This document shows, one piece after another, positions 1 through 8,986 of a stretch of 64,000 bases of DNA. The DNA comes from an uncultured Nitrospiraceae bacterium (GTDB lineage Bacteria > Nitrospirota > Thermodesulfovibrionia > Thermodesulfovibrionales > UBA6898): the NCBI GenBank assembly GCA_963811165.1, contig CAWEQH010000001.1:320001-384000 (forward strand), in the 5' to 3' direction. Each line of letters opens with the position of its first letter. Position 1 is the first letter of the stretch. The notes under the pieces are model-generated. The model saw only the letters and a program-made list of their open reading frames with translations. It ran no database searches and was not told where the DNA came from. Both the position numbers and the translations under genes were made by a program.

Positions 1-2
1 AG

Positions 3-1358
3 GGAGGAAAAGAGGAGGGGTTTATCCGGCTTGCCGTGCCCCTGAGGGATATCGACAGGGCGGTGAACCTTCTCAGGATAAAGATCATTTTTGTTATGCT
101 CGCGGTATTGTTGGCGACATGGGCTGTCCCTATGTGGCAGACGGACCACTTAAGAAGGCTCCTTAAGCAGATAACGGATTTTTCAAGGTCATTATCGAAA
201 GGGGAGATTGACAGGAGGCTTTTTCTGGAAAGCGCAGGGGAATTCAGCGAGATCGCGGACAATCTCACCTTGATGTCCGTCAAGCTTCGGGGCATGATGG
301 CCCAGAACGAGGAGGAACGAAACCGCCTGAATGTCGTGCTCAGGAGCGTGCCGGATGCCCTTCTGATAATCGACTCGAAGGGGATAATCACTCTTTCCAG
401 TTCTTCTTCGAAGGATTTTTTCGGTGACATTCCCATGACGCATATGCGGTTTGCAGAGGTCGTGAGAAACCATGAATTTTCCGATCTTGTGGAGCAGGTG
501 CGAAGAGACCTTGCACCCGGCATGACGACATTCTGGATAGACTCTCCAGAAGAAAAGTATCTCAGCGTAAAGGTGTCGCCGCTTTTTTACAAAGCGGACG
601 AGCTTTCGGGCTTCGTGGCGGTCTTCCATGACATTACGCAGATCGAAAAACTTGAACAGGTGAGAAAGGACTTCGTGGCAAATGTATCACACGAAATAAA
701 GACCCCTGTCACCGCGATCAAGGGGTTCGCCGATACGCTCCTTGAAGGCGCTCTTGAGGACAGGGAAAATGCCGCCAGATTCATCCGGACCATTAAGTCA
801 AACAGCGAACGCCTCAACAGCCTCGTCGACGACCTCATGACGATTTCCAAAATAGAGCTTGGCGTGATCAAGGTCGAAAAGACAATGATTGACCTTGAGG
901 ACGTGTTCGAAAATATTACGGAGATATTCAGGGCAAAAGCCGCCGCCAGAAAACTCTCATTGAGCGTATCTCAAAGGCCGGAGCTTAGGCATATCAGCGC
1001 AGACAAGAACAGACTCATCCAGATATTGACCAACCTCGTCGATAACGCGATCAAGTTTACCGAAACAGGCGGCGTCACCTTCGGTATCGATAGGAAAAGC
1101 GAAAAGACTTTTTTGTTTGTCGAAGATACCGGCATAGGAGTGCCTCCCAAGCATCTGGGAAGACTGGGAGAAAGGTTTTACCGGGTCGACCCGGCCCGCT
1201 CTAGGAAGATGGGGGGCACGGGACTGGGTCTTGCGATCGTCAAGCACCTCGTCAAGGCACACGGCTGGACCATGCAGATAGAGAGCGTTCCCGGCAAAGG
1301 CACAACGGTCAAAATTTTTTGTAAAGACGAGTCTTACCTGGATGCCAGGGGCTCGTAG
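3..1358 (+). CDS. phoR: PhoR-like sensor histidine kinase (HAMP-PAS-HisKA-HATPase), 5'-partial
   Basis: H-box FVANVSHEIKTP, N-box LTNLVDNAIKF, DTGIG, ERFYRVD..RSRKMGGTGLGLAIVKH; the frame is open from the window edge. Confidence 0.9.
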   Translation, partial: GGKEEGFIRLAVPLRDIDRAVNLLRIKIIFVMLAVLLATWAVPMWQTDHLRRLLKQITDFSRSLSKGEIDRRLFLESAGEFSEIADNLTLMSVKLRGMMAQNEEERNRLNVVLRSVPDALLIIDSKGIITLSSSSSKDFFGDIPMTHMRFAEVVRNHEFSDLVEQVRRDLAPGMTTFWIDSPEEKYLSVKVSPLFYKADELSGFVAVFHDITQIEKLEQVRKDFVANVSHEIKTPVTAIKGFADTLLEGALEDRENAARFIRTIKSNSERLNSLVDDLMTISKIELGVIKVEKTMIDLEDVFENITEIFRAKAAARKLSLSVSQRPELRHISADKNRLIQILTNLVDNAIKFTETGGVTFGIDRKSEKTFLFVEDTGIGVPPKHLGRLGERFYRVDPARSRKMGGTGLGLAIVKHLVKAHGWTMQIESVPGKGTTVKIFCKDESYLDARGS

Positions 1359-2680
1359 TCTTTTCTCAGTCCCGGTAGTGATGAGTAATACGAAGGCCTT
1401 ATCAGTTTTCCCTGGATGATCTCCTCTATTCTGTGGGCTGACCAGCCCGCCACCCTCGACATCGCAAAGATGGGCGTAAAGAGTTCTTTCGGTATGCCCA
1501 TGGACCTGTAAACGAAACCCGAATAGAAATCCACGTTTGCCGACGCTACTTTCCCTTTTTTCCTTTCAACTATGCCGGGGGCCAGCCTGGCGATTCTCTT
1601 CATAAGTTGAAACTCTTTTTCCATGTTGTTCTTCTTTGCGATCGCGGCAGCCTTTTTTTCGAGGATCACCGCCCTCGGGTCCGACTTGGTGTATACGGCG
1701 TGTCCTATGCCGTATATTTTCCCCGATTTATCGTTTGCCTTCTTGTCGAGTATCTTTCCGAGGTAGTGTGCTACTTCCTCGTCGTCATCCCAGTCCTTTA
1801 CGTGAGCCTTTATGTTTTCCATCATGCCCTCAACCGCTTCATTGGCGCCGCCGTGCAGATGACCGGAAAGCGACGCGATCCCGGAGCATATGGCCATGTA
1901 GCTGTTTGCACCGGAGGAAGATACGGTCCTTACCGTAAAAGTGGAATTGTTGCCCCCGCCGTGTTCGGCATGAAGGACGAGCATCATGTCGAACAAGTTT
2001 GCAGCCAGTCTGTCCGGTTTTTTCCCCTGCAGCATGTAAAGGAAATTCTCCGCGTGACCGAGGTCCTCTCTGGGTTCGATGAGTTCGGGCAGCTTCTTGC
2101 CCCGGCAGGCCAACGCCCGGTAGTTGTATGCAACGATGGTGGGAAACTTGGCTATCAAATCTATGCACTGCCTTGAGAGATCTTTTATGTCGGTGGAGTT
2201 TGGGTTTCCATCAAAAAGGTGCATTGCAGAGACCATGGTGTGGAGGGTACCCATCTGGTCGTCATTGGATGGACTGTGGAGGATCATGTCCCTGGCCTTT
2301 TCGGGCAGATGTCTTCTCTGTGCAAGCTCCGCCGTAAATACGTCAAGGTGATCCTTGGCCGGCAGCTCTCCGGTAAGAAGGAGATAGGACGTTTCTTCAA
2401 AGCCGAACCTACCCTCCTCCTGTTGATGTCTGACAAGGTCTTTTACGCTATACCCGCAGTAGTATAATTCACCGTCGAGGTCCAATTTCTTCTGGCTGCC
2501 GTCCCCCTGGATCTCTTTTTTGTATCCGATTACCTGTCCCTTGCTCGTTATGCCCACGAAGACCCCTGTGCCGTCTTCGTTGCGGAGCCCGAGCTTTATG
2601 TTTTTGTCCCTGACAAGCTCCGGCGAAATCTTGTCGTGCTCCAATGCCAATTTTTCGATTATCCTCAGGACGTTTTGCAT
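1334..2680 (-). CDS. gltA: Citrate synthase
   Basis: LHAEHGGGNNST, GHLHGGANE, YGIGHAVY, ANVDFYSG motifs; 3' end overlaps the phoR 3' end. Confidence 0.9.
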   Translation of the reverse strand: MQNVLRIIEKLALEHDKISPELVRDKNIKLGLRNEDGTGVFVGITSKGQVIGYKKEIQGDGSQKKLDLDGELYYCGYSVKDLVRHQQEEGRFGFEETSYLLLTGELPAKDHLDVFTAELAQRRHLPEKARDMILHSPSNDDQMGTLHTMVSAMHLFDGNPNSTDIKDLSRQCIDLIAKFPTIVAYNYRALACRGKKLPELIEPREDLGHAENFLYMLQGKKPDRLAANLFDMMLVLHAEHGGGNNSTFTVRTVSSSGANSYMAICSGIASLSGHLHGGANEAVEGMMENIKAHVKDWDDDEEVAHYLGKILDKKANDKSGKIYGIGHAVYTKSDPRAVILEKKAAAIAKKNNMEKEFQLMKRIARLAPGIVERKKGKVASANVDFYSGFVYRSMGIPKELFTPIFAMSRVAGWSAHRIEEIIQGKLIRPSYYSSLPGLRKDYEPLASR

Positions 2681-2923
2681 GTGCCTTACCTCGATGTACT
2701 GTTATTACGCTTCCGGAAAACGAAAGCCTAATAGTTTAACACATCTTACTATCCCGGATTGAGTGTATCAAAGAGGTGACATATTTTTTATTTCAGAAGA
2801 AAGCGCACCGGTTATCCGAGGGTGCGAAGGAAATACGCGACTTTCTCGCGCAGGTCGAAGATGCTGACCTTGCAGATAGAGACGGCAACTCTATATTGCA
2901 TCACCGCTTTACGGAAACTGTCC

Positions 2924-3094
2924 TCATCGTTGAAAGGCGATATACTCATCGTTTGCATCGAAGAAAAACTGGGAAATATAGGTATTGCAATTTGTCCACC
3001 CGTCGCCGATGCAGTTTTCCAGCCTGGCACATTCCAGATGCCTCGGGCTTATGCCGACCATCTCGCAAATTGTCTCTTTCATATAGGGACACAT
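2924..3094 (-). CDS. Four-Cys microprotein (56 aa), CPY-x5-C-x17-C-x7-C-NTY
   Basis: RBS AAAGGAGA before ATG 3094; Cys spacing shared with three other small ORFs; Pho-type promoter upstream. Confidence 0.7.
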   Translation of the reverse strand: MCPYMKETICEMVGISPRHLECARLENCIGDGWTNCNTYISQFFFDANDEYIAFQR

Positions 3095-3155
3095 CTTATT
3101 ATCTCCTTTGATCATTTCGTTACAGATTTGCTCATCAAATGATTCACAGGACTAA

Positions 3156-3199
3156 AGGTTAGCATAACCACGTTACATGAGTATGTCAGTTATATGAAA
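3156..3199 (-). promoter_or_regulatory. Pho-box-type promoter (3 repeats) for the microprotein gene
   Basis: Minus strand TTTCAT-n5-TGACAT-n5-TGTAAC-n10-TAACCT. Confidence 0.55.
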
Positions 3200-3292
3200 T
3201 TTTGAACGCCTAATCGAAAAGAGCAGCCTTTCGCTGTGTTCTTTCGCGGCGAAAAGGAAAACTTTCTACCGCAGTAGTCTGATGTATGGTCT

Positions 3293-3347
3293 CTTCACAC
3301 AATTATCATTATGGCTTCATCATCCTGTAATAAAAAGTAATTACCAT
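3293..3347 (+). promoter_or_regulatory. Pho-box-type promoter for the dedA-family gene
   Basis: CTTCAC-n5-TATCAT-n5-CTTCAT-n5-TGTAAT-n10-TACCAT. Confidence 0.65.
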
Positions 3348-3368
3348 ATACGTAATGAGGCGGCATTC

Positions 3369-4004
3369 GTGAGCGAAATATTCGTACTGGTTGATCGGTT
3401 CCCCACTATTGCATTATTTATCCTCCCTATCCTCGGAAGTGTCGGGCTGCCGGTCCCTGAGGACGCCATATTATTTTTGTGCGGCATATTGATTTCAAAA
3501 AAAAGCGTTTTGCCCCTCTCCGGACTTATGTCGGTGTATGCCGGCATTTTGCTTAGTGATTTTCTTCTCTATTCAATCGGGCGGAAATACGGTAGCCGGA
3601 TTGTCAGGCATAAGATATTCCGGAAAATACTCCCCCCTGAGAAGCTTGTCCTTTTAGAACAGAGATTCATCCGGTCCGGCCCTCTTATCATTTTGCTTGG
3701 CCGTCAGCTCTTTTGGGTGCGCGCAAAAGTTTTTCTCGTGGCGGGTATAATGAAAATGCCGGTTAAGAAGTTTCTGTTTATCGACGCGATCGCAGCATTG
3801 TGTACGACCGGCGTCATCGTAGCGCTTGGATATTCAGGGGGCACTTTTTTGTCATATTTCAGCCGTATTTCACCCCAAGCCGCCCGGATGGTCTGGATAG
3901 TAGTTTTTGTCCTTGCGATTATGGCTTTTATCTACCGGCTCTCAGTTTTGAAAAGCAGGAAAATATCTAAAACGTCCAGACTCCAGCTGAGCTGGCATCG
4001 GTGA
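3369..4004 (+). CDS. DedA/SNARE-associated family membrane protein
   Basis: GLPVPED, DFLLYSIGRKYG, LLGRQLFWVR motifs; start placed at GTG 3369 because the ORF-track start (3282) lies upstream of the promoter. Confidence 0.85.
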   Translation: MSEIFVLVDRFPTIALFILPILGSVGLPVPEDAILFLCGILISKKSVLPLSGLMSVYAGILLSDFLLYSIGRKYGSRIVRHKIFRKILPPEKLVLLEQRFIRSGPLIILLGRQLFWVRAKVFLVAGIMKMPVKKFLFIDAIAALCTTGVIVALGYSGGTFLSYFSRISPQAARMVWIVVFVLAIMAFIYRLSVLKSRKISKTSRLQLSWHR

Positions 4005-4258
4005 AAATCCGGCGCGAAATAGTGCGTAGATTTCTTATGGCGGCGATCCTTGCTTCCTTGTTTTTCATTAAAGCAGGCGGGGCGACGGCGAGTCTGCCAT
4101 CGCAACTATTAATCGGCTTTGACGGATCAACACGGGATAATGGTACGCCTCCTCAGCCGTGGACCGTCAGACTCAGAGAAGGAAAAGCCGGCGCAACGGT
4201 GAATTCTATAACAATTTTGCGCCCTGTTGGGCCAACCTGGACCTTACGCTCTCGTTGA
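4001..4258 (+). pseudogene. Probable truncated exported protein (signal peptide plus DUF3047-like start), running into the phoH 3' end
   Basis: GTGA overlap with the dedA stop, signal peptide, GTPPQPW segment, then overlaps the opposite-strand gene. Confidence 0.35.
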
Positions 4259-5495
4259 GATGCAGGAAACAAAAGTTTTCTTCCTGTATGAACTTGCTGA
4301 TGAGATATGCGAGTCCGTTGCTCATGGCGTCCAGGTATGGTGTATCTATCTGGTCGAGGTCTCCGGTGAAGACGATTTTAGTCCCTTCGCCGCACCTCGT
4401 GATGATCGTTTTAACGTCCAACGGCCGGAGGTTCTGAGCCTCATCAATGATGAAGTATCTCCTGGGCAGGCTTCTTCCCCGGATATAGGTAAGGGCCTCG
4501 ATCTGGAGCACGCCTGAATCGATCAGATACTGAAAATTCTTATATCCATAAAGGGCGGTGTTGTCTTTTACCTGGTCTTTCGGCGTGCGTACGATGACCT
4601 CAAGACTATCGAAGATCGGCTGCATCCAGGGCGCAAGTTTTTCGCCCACATCTCCGGGAAGGTAGCCGATATCATTTCCCATAGGAACAATCGGTCTTGC
4701 CACGACTACCTGTTCATAAAGGGGTGATCTTTTCGTTGTCTGATGTATTGCTGCGGCCAGGGCGAGGAGTGTTTTTCCTGTTCCCGCGGTTCCGGTCAAC
4801 GCCACAACCTCGATATCGGGGTTGATCAGGGCATCGATTGCGCATCGCTGTTCGACGTTCTTCGGGGATATGCCGTCAAGCGATTTGCCATTTCTGATCT
4901 TTGATGCGTCGTCTCTTCCCCTGAGCCGATATATGTCATCGGCTTCCTTCAGATACCGGACGGAATGAATGCCGTTACGATAATCACCGTTGCTTAGAAC
5001 TTTCCCGTACTGCTTGAACATCGACGTCTTGTCGTTTTTGTAATCCTCAGCATGGAGACCGAATGACTCGGCCTTTATTCTTACTGCAGTGTCTTTTGAC
5101 ACAAGTATTACGCGGGGCGCCCCCCCGTTTTTGTCCCGGGATTCAGACGCGGAGATCGAAAGGGCGGTGCTGATAATCTGGTTGTCCTCAACGCTGCAGT
5201 CAAGGGTCGGAGGCGCGGCCTCATTCGGCCCGGTGCTGACTAAGAGGACACCGCCTTGCTTTAGGGTTATCCCCGAAGAGAGAGAACCTCTTTCCCTCAG
5301 GGAGTCTATTATCCTCAAGGCCTTCCTCGCAGAAGCTGCAATTTCTCCCGGGCCTTTTTTAAGCCTGTCAAGCTCTTCGATTACGACAAAGGGGATTACA
5401 ATATCGTTCTCATCGAACCTAAAGAGAGAACTCGGATCGTGAATCAGGACATTGGTATCGAGCACAAAGATTTTTTTGGTCTCCTTCGTTTCCAT
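4206..5495 (-). CDS. phoH: PhoH-family ATPase with N-terminal PIN domain
   Basis: FVLDTNVLIHDP PIN motif, GTAGTGKT Walker A, IGYLPG, YIRGRSL, IIDEAQN, GDLDQID; start at METKE after GAAGGTGA (ORF track extends to 5570). Confidence 0.9.
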   Translation of the reverse strand: METKETKKIFVLDTNVLIHDPSSLFRFDENDIVIPFVVIEELDRLKKGPGEIAASARKALRIIDSLRERGSLSSGITLKQGGVLLVSTGPNEAAPPTLDCSVEDNQIISTALSISASESRDKNGGAPRVILVSKDTAVRIKAESFGLHAEDYKNDKTSMFKQYGKVLSNGDYRNGIHSVRYLKEADDIYRLRGRDDASKIRNGKSLDGISPKNVEQRCAIDALINPDIEVVALTGTAGTGKTLLALAAAIHQTTKRSPLYEQVVVARPIVPMGNDIGYLPGDVGEKLAPWMQPIFDSLEVIVRTPKDQVKDNTALYGYKNFQYLIDSGVLQIEALTYIRGRSLPRRYFIIDEAQNLRPLDVKTIITRCGEGTKIVFTGDLDQIDTPYLDAMSNGLAYLISKFIQEENFCFLHLNESVRSRLAQQGAKLL

Positions 5496-5716
5496 TTCAC
5501 CTTCACCGCAAAACTGATGCAAAGGACTTTTCAGTTCAGACACCTTGTTCATAGGACCCTCCGTAGGCATATTTTATTTAAGGCGAGAAAGTGCCGGGAA
5601 ATAAATCGACAGGGGAATAAAGGATACTGCAGGCCGTCGGGAAATGCGTCATGGCCGAACATTCTTGCAGCGGCGCCATGTAACTGAGTCAAGATAGCTG
5701 CCATTCAATTAGTTAT

Positions 5717-5760
5717 AGTATGGCACATTATTATTACAGAAACGTTACATTTCTGATAAA
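5717..5760 (-). promoter_or_regulatory. Pho-box-type promoter for phoH
   Basis: Minus strand TTTATC-n5-TGTAAC-n5-TGTAAT-n10-CATACT. Confidence 0.65.
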
Positions 5761-5845
5761 TATAACATCTTAGAAAAATAAAATTTTTGTTAAGTCCCAT
5801 TATTCGAAGGTCATTTCTTGAAAAGGCGGCCTGACTTTCCCGGTT

Positions 5846-5900
5846 AGTAATCGAAATGTAACGTTCCCTTAATGATAGTGTAAAATAGGCCGACTATAAT
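5846..5900 (+). promoter_or_regulatory. Pho-box-type promoter, the upstream one of two in tandem before phoB
   Basis: AGTAAT-n5-TGTAAC-n5-CTTAAT-n5-TGTAAA-n10-TATAAT. Confidence 0.75.
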
Positions 5901-6021
5901 ACCGATCATAAAAAGTAAGGAAGCAGCGGATAAAAATGGAGAAGGACGGCCCAATGCAGGCTCGGTTACGGTGTCCGTATCGGCCTCGCGGGGACTCATG
6001 GGGGCGTTATACAGGACGAGT

Positions 6022-6076
6022 TGTAACGGAAATGTAATCTTTCCTTCACACTGCGGTAATATTCGTTCTTTACACT
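6022..6076 (+). promoter_or_regulatory. Pho-box-type promoter of phoB (autoregulatory)
   Basis: TGTAAC-n5-TGTAAT-n5-CTTCAC-n5-GGTAAT-n10-TACACT. Confidence 0.8.
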
Positions 6077-6116
6077 ACTTATACCGTATGACACATGATC
6101 TTAACCTATAGGCATT

Positions 6117-6812
6117 ATGGCTGATATCCCCAGAATTCTTGCTGTCGATGACGAACCCGATATTGTCGAGTTGCTCTCCTACAATCTCAGAAAGGAGGGG
6201 TTTACCGTTTCAACGGCATCCGACGCGGAGGAGGCACTGGAAAAGATCAGGGCTGAGGACTTTTCCCTCGTTCTTCTGGATCTTATGCTCCCCGGTATGC
6301 AGGGCATGGAACTCTGCCGTGTCCTTAAGAAAGACCCCAAAACGGCAAATCTCCCCATCATTATGCTTACGGCCAAGGTCGAAGAAGTAGACAGGGTCCT
6401 CGGCCTTGAGTCCGGGGCCGATGACTATATCACAAAGCCCTTCAGTCCGAGGGAACTCGTGGCGCGCGTTAAGGCCGTCTTAAGGAGGACCGCCCCGAAG
6501 GCCCCAGGAGAGGATATTATCCGGATCGGGGAACTCATGATAAACAGGGAAACATATGCCGTGACAAAGAATGATGTCTTGTTAGATCTCAGCGCCACGG
6601 AGTTTAAACTGCTTCTCTATCTCATTGAAAGAAGAGGCAAGATATACGACCGGGAACACCTACTCAAAGCCGTATGGAAGCATGAGGCCTATGTTGAACC
6701 GAGGACTATCGATGTGCATATCAGAAGGCTGAGAACGCAGATCGAAGACGACCCTTCGAATCCGAAGTATATCAAGACAAGAAGAGGCATCGGATATTAT
6801 TTTGACGTATGA
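6117..6812 (+). CDS. phoB: PhoB/PhoP-type OmpR-family response regulator
   Basis: VDDE, LLDLMLPG, LTAK, GADDYITKPFSPREL, RTIDVHIRRLR, TRRGIGY; Pho context. Confidence 0.9.
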   Translation: MADIPRILAVDDEPDIVELLSYNLRKEGFTVSTASDAEEALEKIRAEDFSLVLLDLMLPGMQGMELCRVLKKDPKTANLPIIMLTAKVEEVDRVLGLESGADDYITKPFSPRELVARVKAVLRRTAPKAPGEDIIRIGELMINRETYAVTKNDVLLDLSATEFKLLLYLIERRGKIYDREHLLKAVWKHEAYVEPRTIDVHIRRLRTQIEDDPSNPKYIKTRRGIGYYFDV

Positions 6813-8098
6813 TGGACCCTGGCGAACACACTGATACCGGCGGTGCCCCCTTATCGCCTGCAGCATCGGGCAATCCCTTTCTCTGGGGTGTCGCAACATC
6901 TGCCTTTCAACTCGAAGGCTCTCCTTATGCAGACTGGACGACATGGGATGAAATACTGAGTCAAAAGCCCGACATCACCAACCATTACCTTCTTTACAAG
7001 GAGGACCTTGCCTTATTAAAAGACCTCGGGGTAAATGCGTACCGGTTCTCTCCTGAGTGGAGCAGGATACAGCCGCGCGAAAAGGTCTGGGACGAGAAGG
7101 CGATAAGGCATTATCAGGAGGTTGTAGAGATACTCGTCAAAAATAATATCGAACCCATGCTTACCCTGAATCACTTTACGCATCCCCTCTGGTTCATAAA
7201 AAAATATCCATGGCATGAAGAGGCATCAGTTGAAAAATTTCTGACATTTGCGGATAAGATGGTTAAGACCCTGGAAGGGGTGCGGTACTGGATCACCTTC
7301 AATGAACCGTACGTCCTTGTCCTGGCCGGCTACTTTGAGGGCTGTACGCCCCCCGCGATCAAAGATGCGTCACTTGGGGTGAAAGCCCTGACGAACATTC
7401 TTAAGGCCCATGGGGCGGCCTATGACCTCATCCACTCACATATTCCGGATGGGATGGTGAGCATAGCGCATAATATGGCGTCATTTGCCCCATGGAGCAG
7501 ATGGAACCCCCTCGACAGGCTTCTCGTAAAGATCACGAAACACTTTTACAACCATTCGCTCCTGGATGCCTTCCTAAACGGCACGCTGAGCGTGAAGTTC
7601 CCTTTCAGGAGGGTGCTCGAGATTGAAGTTCCTATCAAGGGGAAACTCGACTTTTTCGGGGTCAATTATTACACGAGGATGCATCTTCGTTTCAATCCTT
7701 TCAAGAAAATGGGGATTGAGATAAGACACAGGGACATCGATGGTCAGGGACTCACCGACATGGGATGGGAAATCCATCCGCGCGGACTTGAAAAGGTCCT
7801 GAGATACGCCTCGAAACTCAATGTCCCCCTGATAATAACGGAAAACGGAATCGCAACCCGCGACAGTCAAAGGAAGATAAAGTTTATGCAGGGGCATATC
7901 GATGTTCTCGAAAAGTGCAGACGGGAAGGGAGGGACATCCGAGGATATTTTTATTGGACCCTGATCGACAACTATGAATGGCTCCAGGGACTCGACTCAA
8001 GGTTTGGACTCTATACCGTTGACTTCCAGACCCTGGAGCGCAGACCCACGAACGCGGCCGCCTACTACTCATACCTTATTAAGAGCCGGAAACTCTGA
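6809..8098 (+). CDS. Glycoside hydrolase family 1 (beta-glucosidase-like)
   Basis: FLWGVATSAFQLEG, YRFSPEWSRI, TFNEP acid/base, ITENG nucleophile, DNYEW; overlaps the phoB stop. Confidence 0.9.
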   Translation: MMDPGEHTDTGGAPLSPAASGNPFLWGVATSAFQLEGSPYADWTTWDEILSQKPDITNHYLLYKEDLALLKDLGVNAYRFSPEWSRIQPREKVWDEKAIRHYQEVVEILVKNNIEPMLTLNHFTHPLWFIKKYPWHEEASVEKFLTFADKMVKTLEGVRYWITFNEPYVLVLAGYFEGCTPPAIKDASLGVKALTNILKAHGAAYDLIHSHIPDGMVSIAHNMASFAPWSRWNPLDRLLVKITKHFYNHSLLDAFLNGTLSVKFPFRRVLEIEVPIKGKLDFFGVNYYTRMHLRFNPFKKMGIEIRHRDIDGQGLTDMGWEIHPRGLEKVLRYASKLNVPLIITENGIATRDSQRKIKFMQGHIDVLEKCRREGRDIRGYFYWTLIDNYEWLQGLDSRFGLYTVDFQTLERRPTNAAAYYSYLIKSRKL

Positions 8099-8198
8099 TC
8101 TTGTCGCTATTACTTCCCTATGCCGGCGACAGTTCCCGCCTCCGATAAGTGCTACACTGCCCGTAGCACCTGCCCCAGAGAGTGAAACCGCCTGCAAT

Positions 8199-8253
8199 CT
8201 TCACGGAAATGTAATCCTTCCTTAATAATGCTGTAACTATCATATCGTAAGCT
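8199..8253 (+). promoter_or_regulatory. Pho-box-type promoter for the PHP-GT21 operon
   Basis: CTTCAC-n5-TGTAAT-n5-CTTAAT-n5-TGTAAC-n10-TAAGCT. Confidence 0.8.
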
Positions 8254-8290
8254 AACAACAGCATGGTGAATAAGTTGAGAACTGAGTGTA

Positions 8291-8983
8291 ATGCTGCTGT
8301 GTGATTTTCACATCCACACTACCTATTCAGACGGCTCTGTGGAGCTGAGAAGGACAATCGATCTTTTCGGACAGGCAGGCTTTGATGTTATTTCAATAAC
8401 GGACCATGTGGTCAATGGTGATAATCCGCTTGGAAAGCTCGCACATCGTTTTAAGTATTCTGTAACAGCCGATAACTTCAGTAAATATATTTCCCACATA
8501 AAAGAAGAGGCGCAAAGGGCGCAAGACAAATATGACATGCTCGTCATTCCCGGAATTGAAATAACCAAGAACCGTCTCACCATAGACAACTCAGCCCATA
8601 TGCTGATCATCGATGTCCAGGACTTCATCCCCGCGTGCATAAGTTATGAAGAGATATTCCTGGCGGCGAAGAGACAGAATGCCTTGACGATAGCATGCCA
8701 CCCGCATTATATGTCGGCAAAGAGCGACCGGGACACACTCTTTCTCTGGAACAACAGGGAAAAATATGCCCGCTACATCGACGCATGGGAGATCGCCAAC
8801 AGAGACGACGTCTTCAATGTAATAAGCCTCAAAAAATATCCGTATATCGCAAACAGCGACTTCCACAAGCCCAGACATCTTTACTCCTGGAAGACGCTTC
8901 TGAATTGCGCGAAAGACATAGACTCCATAAAACAGTGCATCAAACATAACAAGGGCGTTGCATTGACACTCTTTAGAAATTAG
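8291..8983 (+). CDS. PHP-domain phosphoesterase
   Basis: DFHIHTTYSDG, ITDH, GIEI, CHPH, ANSDFH motifs. Confidence 0.85.
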   Translation: MLLCDFHIHTTYSDGSVELRRTIDLFGQAGFDVISITDHVVNGDNPLGKLAHRFKYSVTADNFSKYISHIKEEAQRAQDKYDMLVIPGIEITKNRLTIDNSAHMLIIDVQDFIPACISYEEIFLAAKRQNALTIACHPHYMSAKSDRDTLFLWNNREKYARYIDAWEIANRDDVFNVISLKKYPYIANSDFHKPRHLYSWKTLLNCAKDIDSIKQCIKHNKGVALTLFRN

Positions 8984-8986
8984 GAG

